Shown: piece after piece, positions 37,791-51,535 of the stretch
Layout: each line of letters begins with the position of its first letter
How positions within the stretch are numbered: the stretch's first letter is position 1
Source: Eledone cirrhosa
Taxonomy: Eukaryota
Direction: 5' to 3'
NCBI GenBank assembly: GCA_964016885.1
Contig: OZ024743.1
Coordinates: 106,082,001 to 106,146,000, forward strand
Length of the DNA stretch: 64,000 nt
Translations under genes and position numbers: made by a program
Notes under the pieces: generated by a model
The model's input: the letters and a program-made list of their open reading frames with translations, nothing else
Told to the model about the DNA's origin: nothing
Database searches by the model: none

Positions 37791-40400
37791 TAAAAGAATT
37801 CCAAGTTTGTCTGATTTACTCGTTATATTTACAATCCTTTAAAATTTTACTGATATTATAATGAAATATTATGGTAGAATATTAAATGTTAAATGTTAAT
37901 TGAACAAGTACTTTCATGCTTCCGCAATTTTCAGGTTCATATTCAGTGGTGACAGTCTTGCAATTTTCATATAATGAGCTGGCTAAAATCTGTGCCTTAT
38001 ATACTGCAAAATGGAGCTACAGAATACTAAGTTTTGCAAACTGTATTTTGACCAATCGGTGTGTGGTTTCACTAGATTACTAAAGCTGATTGGTTTAGGC
38101 ATCACGGTTGGTTGAGCATGTCTAACGACTTCTATTTCACCCTATCCAAAGCATCAATTGTTTTGCTATTTTTAGAAATGATGAAAATAGCGTTTTCTAG
38201 GGTTTTTATAAAAAATCTTCTGTAATCATCAACATCAACATCACTTTTATTATTATTATTATTGTTGTTGTTGATAGTGGTGGTAGTCGACATTATCGTA
38301 GGCGTAGTGATAGTAGAAGTAATACCCCTAAGCATTATTATTGTTCATTTAGCTTGGGTTGGAATTTATCAATAAAATTATTTTCTTTAATTTTTCTCTT
38401 GATTTCACTTGGGCTGTGTAGTTTGTAGAATGGAAATATAAATATTTTCTGACCACATATTGCTAGATGGTTACTCAGGGGTATCTGACGGACATTTGGG
38501 TCCCTGATTTGTTGTCGGGTCACCCTTACACGTTCCGATAGTGCATTTCCAGTTTGACCGACATATCGTTCTTCACAATTCGGGCATTTAATGCAGTAAA
38601 TTAGACTTCTGCTTTTGTAGTTAATATTTGCATTTGGGAATATTTTTCCAGTTTTTGTGTTCATATATTGACCAGTATGTATGAACTGACGTGCCACATC
38701 GACTATCATTGCATTTAGATACAGTGAATGATTGGTCTTTGTTTGTTAAGGTCAAACTTTGCTTTTGTTAGTAATTGCTTTACATTTTTCGGCTGTCTTT
38801 TACTAAGAATCAAAGCTCGGTCTGCGATTAAACATTTTAATTCATTACTTTGAGCAATGATCGGTAGGTTTGCTTTGGCAGTGTTGAAGATATTCTGGTG
38901 ACATGAGTTGTGGGTCATTATAAATGGTATGACCAGTTCTTGGTTTCTTCTTCCTTGGGTTGTCCTAAGTTGTTGTATAGGTATTTTTATAGCGCGCTGT
39001 ATGCCAATTTCTATACGTAGAGATAGGTATTTTTGTTTGAGCAAAAGTTCTCTCAGTTCTGTTATGCGGTTGTTCCTGGTATTCGTATCTCCTACAATGG
39101 TACAAGTTCTTCTGGCTAGGCAGTATGGTATGTTGCGTTTTGTATGAGGTGGATGGCACGACTTACAATTCCGATATTGATGGGTGTCTGTGTGTTTATA
39201 GTATATATCCGTGATAATGGTGGTGTCGTTTTTGATTACCATTATATCTAGGAATGGTAATTTGGTACTACTCATCTCTTTTGTAAAATGGAGAGATGGG
39301 TGTAGGTTATTCAGGAGGATATTGAACTCATCCAGAGTATCTAGAGATTCTGTCCAGATGAAAGAAACAGTCGTCAAGGTATCTCTACCAAGCCTTTTCA
39401 ATTTACTTTCTAAATCCAGTGCTATATTTTTCCTCTATTTCTTAGTAGAGTTGTTGTTCTAAGTATCATATTACAGAGTTCGCGTAAACGGGCGGAAACT
39501 TCGTTCCCATCGGATGTAATTCTTTCCATTAAAGAAGAATGTGTTGTTTTCCAGAATAAGTTTAACTGCGTCTAATATAAAATGGCACTGTGAATCTGGT
39601 GGGAATCACTTCTCTATGTTTTACCACCCAGTATTTAACCGCCTTTATTCCTAAATCATGTGTAATGTTGGTGGAAAGGCTTACCACATCAAAACTAAGT
39701 AGAAGTGAATTCGTTTCCATGGTTTTGGGGAGATGGGACAGGAAGTCGATATCATCTCGGATGAAACTGGGTATCTCAGTACATGGTGGTTTCAAAATAA
39801 TTGTTTCTACTTTTTGGCACAAGGCCAGCAATTATCCCAGCGCATTACTGCTACTTTATTTTATCCACCCCGTAAGGATGAAAGGCAAAGTTAACCTCGC
39901 CGGGATTTGAACTCAGAAGGGCAAGGACCGTAACTCTATACGTCAAAGCATGGCGTCCGACTCTTTCAAAATAAGTGTTTCTACTTTTGGCACAAGGCCA
40001 GCAAATACTCAGTGTATTACTGGTACTTTATTTTATCGACCCCGTAAGGATGAAAGGCAAAGTTAACCTTGGCGGGATTTGAACTCAGAATGGCAAGGGC
40101 AGTAACTCTATGCGTCAAAGCATGGCGTCCGACCCTCTACCGATACTGCCAATACACCGACTCTTTCAAAATAATTGTTTCTACGTTTGGCACAAGGCCA
40201 GAAATTACCCAGAGCATTACAGGTACTTTATTTTATCGACCCCGTAAGGATGAAAGGCAAAGTAAACCTCGGCGGGATTTGAACTCAGAATGGCGTTCGA
40301 CCCTTTACCGATACTGCCAATCCACCAATGTCAACAAAATTGCTTAGGGCATGTTGGACCAGCTATAATAGCTCTACGTTTTAAGTCTTTTGGGTGGGGT
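37787..40400 (-). mobile_element. Neptune-like Penelope-like element, decayed, interrupted by a SINE trimer
   Basis: LLLSFDVVSLSTNI, LPFLDIMV, TDIYYKHTDTHQY..SCHPPHTK, RQPKNVKQLL, CNDSRCGT, LIYCIKCPNCEERYVGQTG; ORF ends at 38338; 3' UTR 37787-38337 has a decayed hammerhead at 37902-37938. Confidence 0.9.
39799..40326 (-). mobile_element. Three tandem/nested SINE copies inserted in PLE RT
   Basis: Units at ~39799-39962, ~39972-40153 and ~40173-40326; the RT frame SNFVDI|ILKPPCTEIP is rejoined on removal. Confidence 0.88.
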
Positions 40401-41024
40401 AATTTAATGTACTCACTGTTTTGTCCTTTTACTTCCAGTTGGATTTCTTTTGACTTATGAATTTTCGGTAAGCCATATACATAGTTTAAGTGTGTATCTA
40501 TATATGAACATTTTATATTGAATGGGTAATTACATATATATGAATACCTTATATTCCTTTATATAATTTGGAAATGTATATTTGTAGACATTTTATTTTT
40601 GAATGCTTTGCCCCACTAACATTGACTGTGTGACGATTCCTACATCTGATATGTTGTGTTTCTGCTTGTATATACATTCAACGGTCTCTTGGAATTATGC
40701 GTCTGTGCTTACGTATTTGTGTATCAATCCTCTTTAAAACAAATATTTTAAACTTGTATTTGATGCTGTCTACTAGCGGTGTTAATATCTCGAGTTATTC
40801 TCCTTTTTACTTTGGAAACAACCAGTATGTTTGATTTTAGAATGGCTACCCTGAACTGGTAAATTTATGCTATGTAATTGTTTTATATATCTTACTCCAA
40901 TATGAGTAAATTCTTTGCATATTCAGTTAATGAATATCTATTGGTTATTCCGAGGATTGTTTGGTATTTCTGTTAATTTCCTTCGACTAAAACAGTTCTA
41001 GTCCCGTAGAAGCCATTTCTATAG

Positions 41025-41181
<157 letters not shown>

Positions 41182-41223
41182 GCGAAGAAAGGATCTGTGT
41201 TGTATCATATACATGTTTAATTA

Positions 41224-41310
41224 CATATTACATATGTTTCACTGTCGATCTCGAGGACCGATATATTAATGAACGAACCCCACTCTAGAATCGCAAGCTC
41301 CTCAGATATG
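41224..41310 (-). ncRNA. Hammerhead motif with ~58-nt stem II
   Basis: CATAT-CTGAGGA-GCTtgCGAT...ATCGacAGT-GAAA-CATATG-TA-ATATG. Confidence 0.7.
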
Positions 41311-41431
41311 TTTTCACATGCAGAGGTATGCCGATGAGCATTCGATGCTCTTGGGGAGCAGAGTATAACCTATATATATATATATGTCACTCTCTCTCTC
41401 ACTTTCTCTCTGTCTCTTTTTTCTCTCTCTG

Positions 41432-41468
<37 letters not shown>

Positions 41469-41564
41469 GTGTGTGCGTGTGTGTGTGCGTGTGTGTTTTG
41501 TACGTGTGTTTTCATTATTTTATAACTATAATCACGCACCGTTCGAAGCCCTAAATGCTGTTAG

Positions 41565-41683
41565 ACGAGTGACTGCTGATCTTCTACAAAAACACCTAGT
41601 TTGCGCCTCGGTGTGGTACTTTCTCGGTCATGGCACATGGTCATTCGTAACGCAAGGCGGTCTTTATGCTTTATTTATATACG
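41565..41683 (+). CDS. Candidate internal exon
   Basis: CTGTTAG acceptor (weak pyrimidine tract), ACG|GTACGT donor, single open frame RVTADLLQKHLVCASVWYFLGHGTWSFVTQGGLYALFIY. Confidence 0.25.
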
Positions 41684-42199
41684 GTACGTATATTATATTA
41701 TTCCTTTGTTGCTTGTAGTTATAAGATGGTGGGCATACATATATATTTGATGGATTTGTAAATGTTAATAGAAATAAAGTGATACAACTTAAATATACTT
41801 TTTGTGGATAGTATCTATTTTCCTTTTATAAAATGTCATTCTCGTAGCGAATTATGCAATAACAAGTCACACAGCGCAATTTACTCTCGTATTCATATCT
41901 GAAGAGTTGTCTATATAAAGCTATTTCATCCGATAACCTTTCTTTATATGCTACTTGTCTTCTGTTAATTGGGAACATGTAATATCGGTAAGAGTTGACA
42001 AAGATGTAATATCGGTAAGAGTGTTTAAGATATGCAGTTAATTGCATCAGTTTCTGTGTATGACTAGATCTTAATTTGGAAATAGCTAAGTGGATAATAT
42101 GAGTTTGATACTCATGAAGCTGAAGCTGACATCGTGTTCGATGAATGTTATACCAAATATGATGGATAATCGCATCCAATATTAAGTTTCCTATCACAG

Positions 42200-42378
42200 C
42201 TTACTGGACAAATAAAATACACTCCTTCAAGCGGATACGACCGATATTTATATCACCACTCTGTGTTAATCAAATATGTATTCCTGTTGAAGCTTCTGTC
42301 ACACGCTCTGTAGCCTCTTTTTTAACAGTCTTGCACTGCAACAGATTAATATTTATTACCTGGTTTTGTTGTTGGTAG
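42200..42378 (+). CDS. Candidate terminal exon
   Basis: TTTCCTATCACAG acceptor; phase-compatible frame YWTNKIHSFKRIRPIFISPLCVNQICIPVEASV...FITWFCCW*. Confidence 0.22.
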
Positions 42379-44699
42379 TATGACAAAATCTTTAAGAAAT
42401 ATATTAAAAATATATCATCATTATATTATAAACCCCACTCTCAAACCGAGTATCTAAGAAAAAGCAATATAGGTGATTACTCCACTATGTTATCATCAAC
42501 AACCACGTCTTTCTTGAAACAGAGACAACTTTAAAAGCGGGTGACAGACATGATAAGGTAACATAAAATAGGGAATAGTGTTATCCAAAAAAATATGGGT
42601 GTAGGAACTGCATTCCGTTGTTGATATGATATATCGGCTAGTACTAACCCTCACGAGCAACGATCGTTTATAGATCTGTACATGTGTTATCAATGATTTT
42701 CATACTCTGAAATGTTGTTAACTTTTAGGTTCAGCAAGTCAGGACAGGATATTGGTAGAATGACATTTACGACAGATGAAAGGCATTGCATTCTATAAGC
42801 ATTTTGTTACGGCCTTCCTTGTTCTGGTTTCAAATCTCAGCGAGGAAGACACTCATGGTGGGTATAATATAGTTCCAGCAAAGTATATGAAGTCGTATGA
42901 TCGATTTTCCATTCCCCCAAATTGCTGAACTGTTACCAAAATTAGAAACCTTTATGCCATCCACCAAATTACGAGGCAAATTGTTGATGCAATAAATTTT
43001 TCAAATTCTAAATTTGGTTGAATGTCCAGTCCAATTTAAAAATATTTGAACGCAAAACGCAAAGGGAGGTAACTAAATAACTGCAGACTATTCTACTGCT
43101 GTATAGTTTCTGTCATTTGCCACCGCTCATTATCTCACAAATTGTGATATATTACATTGATAATGTTCATGTTAATAAAAGCTGTGTTGCTGCTGCATCC
43201 GCGACTGACGCAAATGCATCAATTATTATATTGTTGCCGCTGTTGCTCAGTGACCATACGGCTTCACTAACTTTAATGAGGAAATATGGCCGTCTTAGAA
43301 ATAGTATTGAATTTAAACATTTCAATTGATTCAGTATAGCTATACTTATCTTTCTATTGGCTGGAAAGTCAGAGACAACAATGAAAACCATGATATCGAT
43401 AATTCTATTTATGTTAATGATGGTGATGATAATGATGAGAAAGAGGTTGATGACATTAGATAACAATGGTGGCTCTGACAGTGGTGATGTTGATGTTTAT
43501 AACTGCAGATATTAAACTGTTATTGATATAATTCTTTTGCACATTTTAGTGGATTGGTAGAATCTTTAGAGAGTTAGAAAGAATGCTTCGCGGCATTTCG
43601 TTATGGTTCTCTACGTTGTAATCTTGCATCACCTCCTAGTCAATATGGTCTTTCGTATTTCCGTGTTCGATAAAGCAACTATCAGATGGAATCTCCTTCC
43701 AGTCCACAAAACCTGCTGGCCTTGTGTCTAAATAAGAATCATGTACACAAATTATATTTCTGTTAAGGCTGGCATGTAGATTAATATATCTTATACGATT
43801 TCTCTGAATTATATAGAGATTTAGGAAAGGAATCCTAGTTCTTCTTTCATTCTGCGTGTGAAGCATGGCTATCTCTTTGTACGTGATTTAATGTTCTCTA
43901 CACACAAAAGAGAACAATAGATTTAGTAGAAGATGTATTGTTTTAGCGACATATATATATTTATTAATTTCAAGAACAGCAGTATTCCGTGTCATAATTC
44001 TCGATTATCATTGGTTCATAGGTTTCAAACGACTCCGCCCACCTCAACGACGCCAAACTGAAATTAATATGCACTAGCTGACGTACTCAGCTTCACCCGA
44101 GTAAACAGATGATAAGAGAAAACAGGTAAGAGAGAAAATGACTGTATTGGATGTTTGTCTGGTTTCTGTATGAGGCGAGTCCGTGGTGACCGTGTGATAC
44201 AAAACACATTAAAAAAAAATCTTCCAGATATACCAGATTCTTCGTTGTCCCGGTTGTGCATAGTATATGAACAATTATAGGTGCTACCACCTAGAATAGT
44301 GACTTCTAGCAGATGGTTCATCTTCTGCCTGACTGTAAAACGTGTATCATTGCATAGACGTGGTTGTTCCACGTTTCTCAAAAGGATGATGGAAGTTCCA
44401 ATTTTTATATTTTATATAGATATAGATAATTAATATAAAAGAAGTTCGTCAATGTAAAAAAGGTCGCTATTTACTTGAGATGGTTTATACAAATGCCAAA
44501 TTAATATGGATAAGGATAACATGCTTATCTATAAGTGGTCAGCTATAATAATAAAACAACAAATTATATGACACAAAAATGTATTCTGTAATTTCCAGGC
44601 TGTAATAAACAGTCAATATTGCCCAGAGTTCAACTCGGGTAGGCGGTCTGGTTTGAACACCAAATGGCGGATCATTCTACTTCGAAAATAGAATCATTT

Positions 44700-44950
44700 T
44701 TCAATGAAGATCTGCTACCATTCATTTGGCAAAAGAGACAGTTTCCCGTCAATTTGGCCTTCGCCATGACTGTCAACAAGGCAAAGGGACAGACTTTCAA
44801 GCGAGTCGGTGTCTACTTGAATGATCCAACATTCAGCCATGGGCAACTGTAAGTTGCTGCAGCTCGAGTGTACGATGCTGATGTATAAAATTTGCAATTG
44901 CTACCACTAACAGAGGAGCATCCCTGAATATTGTCTATAATGAAGCTTTG
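44700..44950 (+). pseudogene. Helitron PIF1-like helicase C-terminal fragment
   Basis: LPFIWQKRQFPVNLAFAMTVNKAKGQTFKRVGVYLNDPTFSHGQL*VAAARV. Confidence 0.9.
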
Positions 44951-45624
44951 AGCTGATGTATGCATATTTTTAATGCTATCAATAAGCGACGTAAATGATT
45001 CGGACATTGGTGTCCTTTGATCAGTATTGTGAGCTTTGACAGAGTTCAGTAATTTACAGGCTCTTAGCCACTGAGTAATAGACGGTCAATATTGCCCAGA
45101 GTTCAACTCGGGGAGGTGGCCTGGTTTGAACTCCAAATGGCGGATCCTTCTACTTAGAAAATAGAATCGTTTTTCAATATTACTCTAGCCTTAGCCGCCA
45201 ATAGTCTCCAACCTTTTTGCCACAATCAGCATATGATGAGCAGCGTTAAATTTGAAAGCAATTTCTACCAATACTTGTTGGTTGTTATTGCTCATTATCG
45301 ACAATAAATTACATTGAACAGAAATGATAACTCTGTCAAAGCTCACAATACTGATCAAAGGACACCAATGTCTGAATCATTTATGTCGAATATTCATAGC
45401 AGTGAAGGCAATTTCTACCAATACTTGTTGGTATTTATTGCGCAACATAGCAGTGAAAGCAATTTTTACCAATACTTGTTTGTTTTATTCCTCATAACCA
45501 CATTAAATGACATTGAACATAAATTATATCTCTGTCAAAGCTCACAATACTAATCAAAGGACACCAATGTCCGAATCATTTACGTCGCTTATTGATAGCA
45601 TTAAAAATATGCATACATCAGCTC

Positions 45625-45875
45625 AAAGCTTCATTATAGACAATATTCAGGGATGATCCTCTGTTAGTGGTAGCAATTGCAAATTTTATACATCAGCATC
45701 GTACACTCGAGCTGCAGCAACTTACAGTTGCCCATGGCTGAATGCTGGATCATTCAAGTAGACACCGACTCGCTTGAAAGTCTGTCCCTTTGCCTTGTTG
45801 ACAGTCATGGCGAAGGCCAAATTGACGGGAAACTGTCTCTTTTGCCAAATGAATGGTAGCAGATCTTCATTGAAA
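45625..45875 (-). pseudogene. Inverted copy of the PIF1-like helicase fragment
   Basis: Same peptide on the minus strand. Confidence 0.9.
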
Positions 45876-46489
45876 AATGATTCTATTTTCGAAGTAGAAT
45901 GATCCGCCATTTGGTGTTCAAACCAGACCGCCTACCCGAGTTGAAATCTGGGCAATATTGACTGTTTATTACAGCCTGGAAATTACAGAATACATTTGTG
46001 TGTCATATAATTTGTTGTTTTATTATTATAGCTGACCACTTATAGATAAGCATGTTATCCATATCCATATTAATTTGGCATTTGTATAAAGGGACCTATT
46101 TTACATTGACGGACATCTTTTATATTAATTATCTATATCTATATCTACATATAATATAAACAATTGGAATTTCATCATACTTTTGAGAAACGTGGAACAA
46201 CCATGGCTATGCAATGATACACGTTTTACAGTCAGGCAGAAGATGAACCATATCCTAGAGGTCACTATTCTAGGTGGGAGCACCTACAATTGTTCATATA
46301 CTATGCCCAAACGGTACAACGAAGAATCTGGTATATCTGGAAGATTTTTAAAACTATTTTTGGTATCACACAGACACCACGGACTCGCCTCATACTGTAA
46401 CCAGACAAACATCCAATACAGTAATTTTCTCTTTTACCTGTCTTCTCTTATCAACTGTTTACCCGGGCGAAGCTGGGTACGTCAGCTAG

Positions 46490-47339
46490 TCTATATATGA
46501 ATTTCAACAATGTCAGTATTCCGTGTGTCATAATTCTCGATTATCATTGGTTCATAGGTTTCAAACGACTCCGCCCTCCTCAACGACGCCGAACTTAAAT
46601 TAATATGCATAATGCCAATGAGAGGGGAGAGTAAGAAACAGAGAGGCAAAGTGATCGCTGTAACTAAAACCGTGTGTGCGTGTGTATGCACGTGCACGTA
46701 TGTGTATGTGTTTGTGCGTGCGTGCAGCATTCCACAGAAAGTAAAAGCAATTCGACTTTATCAAACAGTGAATTACAGCGGTGACGGCGTGCAGCCAGGA
46801 ATGAAGAAAAACGGGCCGAACAGCGCCATCGGAACGCCGAACTTCAGAGGCGATCACGTGCCACCATGAATGAAGAGGAGCTTGCTGGACAACGCCAACG
46901 AAACACTGCAGCCAAGCAGCGACAGCGTGCTGCATTGGTTGAAGATGAACTGGCTGAGCATCATCATTTATATTAATTATCTATATCTATATCTATATAA
47001 AATATAAAAATTGGAACTTCCATCATCCTTTTGAGAAACGTGGAACAACCACGTCTATGCAATGATACACGTTTTACAGTCAGGCAGAAGATGGACCATA
47101 TCCTAGAGGTCACTATTCTAGGTGGGAACACCTAGAATTGTTCATATACTATGCACAAACGGTACAACGAAGAATCTGATATATCTGGAAGATTTTTTAT
47201 TACTGTTTTCTGTATCACACAGACACCAGGGACTAGCCTCATACTGTAACCAGACAAAAATCCAATACAGTCATTTTCTCTTTTACCTGTTTTCTCTTAT
47301 CATCTGTTTACCCGGGAGAAGCTGGGTACGTCAGATAGT
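46490..47339 (+). mobile_element. Internally deleted non-autonomous Helitron
   Basis: TC start; 5' 110 bp shared with 43970-44070; 23-aa E/R/Q-rich repeats; helicase fragment IILLRNVEQPRLCNDTRFTV; hairpin + degenerate CTAG end. Confidence 0.75.
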
Positions 47340-49275
47340 ATGTGATTAATGTAAAGATTAGATGTTGTGCAGATGTATATGAAAAATCATGGACGTATGT
47401 AAGTAAGATGCCCCTAGCTTTTAAATTCGTGTGTATCTTATATATATTCGCGAATGTTGTGTGGGTTTAGGTTAAAATGTGTAAGAAAGTGGACATAACA
47501 TTTGATAAATGGTCTGCACTCGCAGTATTGTTTTAATGTAAATATCTAAGTGAAATTAATTTACGTATGCTGTCATATTTCTTAAACACGGATTTATTTC
47601 TGATTTTATGAGTGAGTAGTGGTGATGTTAATTAGAAGCCTAAGTATTGCTATATCTTGTAAATATGAAATGTGGGGGCAATATGTTCGTGTTTTATGGA
47701 TGTCAATTGGAGACATAGATATCTGTGTTGCTAAAATGAATGTTGAAATATTTCAAGATTTACTGGAGATGTTTAGGTCAGTTAACGGTTTCCAGTTATG
47801 TGCCTGGTGGTGCTTTTGTCACGCTTTCACCTTCAAGGTATTTTCGGCTGTGAAGATAAGATCATTCGTAAATGATGAGGCTGAATAGGCGTATGGGAGA
47901 GTCGTTTCATCTTTGAAAATATTTCTTGTTCCCTTGTGTACATTTCGGAACAACATTGATGCAATGGATTTCTTACTGGGTAGCTCTCAATTTAACTTAC
48001 TGGGTAGCCCTCAATAGAACTTCCCACGTGGTTTTCGTATGGGAAGGTTCAGCGGAGCTTCATACCACCGGTCATAGGTTACATATTAATTAGATAGTGA
48101 TCCTAATACTTATCGTCATATACTACACCTCTTCATTAGAGAGATAGCATTTGTATTGGGTATATAACTAAATATTTTCCTATGTTTACCCTAACACATG
48201 TATGTATGGAGATGCTTATATATATATATATATGTGTATGTGTGTATGTGTGTATATATATACATGTATATGTACACCCTCTCCACTCTCTCCTCCCACT
48301 CCTTCGACTTGACAATTTCCGCACACACAAACTACGCATTTCAGACGAACCAACTTCGGCTACATACATATCACGTGTCCCCTTCTCTTAACCACACAAA
48401 GACACACACTTGCACATCTACGCATACACCCACACTTTACGTCACACCGCCCCCGAATTTGACACAATCTCATCTCCCCCCCTCCCCCCCCCCCCTCCAT
48501 CCACACACACCTACACCCATACAGGGACAATACATGCACAAATATACACTCCACCCCAACACACACACAATGATTTTTCAAAGCCCACATTCACATACAC
48601 TCGCCTCCTCACAGACTCTCACACATCCACACACTCACACACACACACACACACTTATATCCACACATACAAACACACCTTAAATTCCGCCGTCCGCACT
48701 CGGACTCTAATTTTCTTGCTTTCTCCAACTCCACCCATCCCTTACACACTACCTCACCCTTATCATCCCGGACCCGTACGGCCGTCCAACCCACTTCACT
48801 TTCATCTTTTTTAATTCTGTTTATTTTATATATGTTCTTATTAATTCTATTTCTATTTATTTTTATGTTCAAGTTTATTTTTATTTCTATATTTCCCGTC
48901 CTTTCATGTTTTTCCTATTAACTCTCCACCTCAGTCCCTCTCCAAGAGCGTTCCTACTTTATTGATGAAGAAATGATGTCCGAAACGTCATCCCCTCCCT
49001 CATTCGCACCAAATGTAAAGCTAATAACACTATGTACTATTGACTCCTGCGTTTGCTTGTTTGTCCTTTTGAACGATATTTATATATATATATATATAAA
49101 GAAAAATATCTCGCTCTACATGGCTGAATACAATAAATGTAATCTGAGCTTTTCGAATATTAATAACAATATTCGATTCGATTCGTTTGCAATTATTCAA
49201 ACAAGCTTCATTTCAAAATACATGTCAATGGAATGAGCCCCTCATTCTTGTTCTTATGTTGGCATGTACACAGAA

Positions 49276-49319
49276 CTGTAGACACTAATGTTTCTGGGTA
49301 ATAGCCTTCATCAGTACAG
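49276..49319 (-). ncRNA. Minimal type I hammerhead ribozyme, GUC site (family D)
   Basis: CTGTA-CTGATGA-aGG(ctattac)CCa-GAAA-CA(ttag)TG-TC-TACAG. Confidence 0.75.
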
Positions 49320-49568
49320 TTCACTGTTCACCTGCCAACTGTCAGAGCTAGTGAAAATATATGCTATTTTCTAAAATATACTGATTTGCATATTAGCGGA
49401 CTGTCTGATCTGTCAGATCTACATATTAGCAAATCCAATGATCAGCCAGATTTGCATATCAACAGACTGGCCAGTCAGTTTCCTGTATACGAGCGGTTAA
49501 TGGCCGGCTTTTAAAATGAGGCTTGTTTGCATAATTGAAAACGAATCGAATATTATTATTAATATTCG

Positions 49569-49747
49569 ATTGGCAGTATCAGTAGAGGGTCGGACGCCAT
49601 GCTTTCCAGCATAGTTACGTCCCTTTACGATCTGAGTTCAAATCCCGCCGAGGTTGACTTTGCCTTTCATCCTTACGGGGTCGATGAAATAAAGTACCAG
49701 TAATGCACTGGGTAATTGCTGGCCTTGTGCCTAAAGTAGAAACAATT
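49569..49747 (+). mobile_element. tRNA-derived SINE with TSD
   Basis: Full length; TSD ATTATTAATATTCG at 49555-49568 and 49745-49758. Confidence 0.92.
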
Positions 49748-49868
49748 ATTAATATTCGAAAAACTCAGATTACATTTATTGTATTCAGCCACGTAGAGCG
49801 AACAATTCTTCTTTTTTTATTTGAATGTGGCAAAGCCGGCCATTTATCGCTCGTATAAAGGAAACTAC

Positions 49869-49907
49869 TAATAAGATTTTTACACCACCGTTTCTTGTCT
49901 CCTTGAA

Positions 49908-49975
<68 letters not shown>

Positions 49976-50012
49976 CAAGGAGACAACAAACAGAGGTACA
50001 AAAGTCTTATTA
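49869..50012. repeat. Inverted repeat centred on a (TA)n tract
   Basis: TAATAAGA..TTGTCTCCTTGAACT-(TA)n-AGTTCAAGGAGACAA..TCTTATTA. Confidence 0.8.
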
Positions 50013-50889
50013 GTTTCACGCTTTATACTGGAAAGAGGCTAGAAAGTACGACGTGTCGTGTCCTGCTTAAGCCCTTCTTCATGAATACAAATAGAGACAG
50101 AGAGAATATCCAGTAAAGACACATGGAAGACGAACATGAAAAGGGAGAACAAAAAGCCGTTATGTAGTCTTGGTAATGATTAGGACGGCACAATTAGTGT
50201 GTGTGTACATACAACATACATACATAAACACACGTATACATACATACATAAATACATAAATGCACATATATATACATACAAACAAACGTACGTACATCGA
50301 TACCTGAATTCAGACATATACATATGTATATACAGGCACACATGCATACAGAGATACATAAATGCATACATACATGCATACGTATATACATACATGCAAA
50401 CACACATTCATAGTACATACATACATACACACATACACACATAGTACATACGTACATACATACATACATACATACATCTTGGCTGCTAACTCGTTTTCGA
50501 GTACGGCCACTACTTTATATCCATGTAGGAGAACCCTTACCGATGCGCTGAACGAGTGTGGCTTTTACTCCAGCTAGCGACTTGAAAACTCTGGTACAAA
50601 CACGAAACTTGTGACAATTATTGACACAGAGTGCTGGGCCCATGGTACCATGTGACCCAAGGTGTCGTATGAGATCACTACTCAACCTCTATACCCTTCC
50701 ACAAACATTACATGTCGCCGTCTGAGGAACAATTATAGCTCCACAGGTGCCTGCTTCCCTGTTGTTGTGCACTCTCAGGTGACTCTTTAGACCTGCCATG
50801 CTCAGACAAACCCATAAATGCTACGGAGTGAGAGTAATATAGATAAGAAAAGTAGTCTATCTTGGCCCAACAACCTATATAGGCCCTCA

Positions 50890-51535
50890 TTTAGCTGGAT
50901 ACGCTTTTGTCATCCAAGAAGAGGAAATCAATACAAAATACAAAATACACAAAAGAGATAGGGATGCAGGCAAAACACCTAGATGTGAAAACAAATGCAG
51001 ACATTGCTGAATTAATATCGAAGATTTGAACCATGTCATAAGCAGTTGCCCAAAGATGTCATCACGATACTGTTTACCTGTGAGGCATGATGTAGTGGTC
51101 AAACACTATACAATGCAATCCGTACAAAAGCTAGCCTCGCCAATAAACATATTAAAAGTTACAACATAATACGAAAGATTACTGGTGGAATATTCCAGTA
51201 AAAAACCCAATAATATGCAAGCATAACACACCAGATATAATGATATGGGATGAGAAAAGAAGGCATGCAAAGTTGTGCAATTCAACTGCCCATCAGATGC
51301 CAATATAATATTAAAGATCAGTGAAAAAGTGAATATCTGTGCAAAACTAATGAGGAATCTGCAGATGATCCATCTTGACTCTACCTTCAGATTTATACCT
51401 GCGATTATTGGCACACTGGGATATGTCAGTAACTGCCTCAATATAAATCTTGAAAACCAGAAAGAACACGATTAGGTAAGAAATTACAACTACAACCCAT
51501 TAATGAAACAGTAAAATATGTAAAACATTCCAAAT
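50890..51535 (+). pseudogene. R4/Dong-like non-LTR retrotransposon C-terminus (CCHC + restriction-like endonuclease)
   Basis: GYAFVIQEEEINTKY, CRHC*..EDLNHVISSCP, VRHDVV, YWWNIPV, HNTPDIMIWD, FIPAIIGTLGY. Confidence 0.8.

Larger units (their letters stand above)
43950..46490. mobile_element. Helitron-derived composite with ~970-bp inverted duplication
   Basis: 44073-45045 is the reverse complement of 45530-46490; both end in hairpin + CTAG|T; PIF1 helicase fragments inside. Confidence 0.85.
49105..49870. mobile_element. Fold-back element (family D) interrupted by a SINE
   Basis: 49105-49218 inverted at 49509-49568 + 49745-49808; homologous to 56190-56710. Confidence 0.8.

Noticed and set aside
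44664-45910. Cellular PIF1 helicase gene
   Set aside because: Short stop-containing fragments, duplicated in inverted orientation inside Helitron termini
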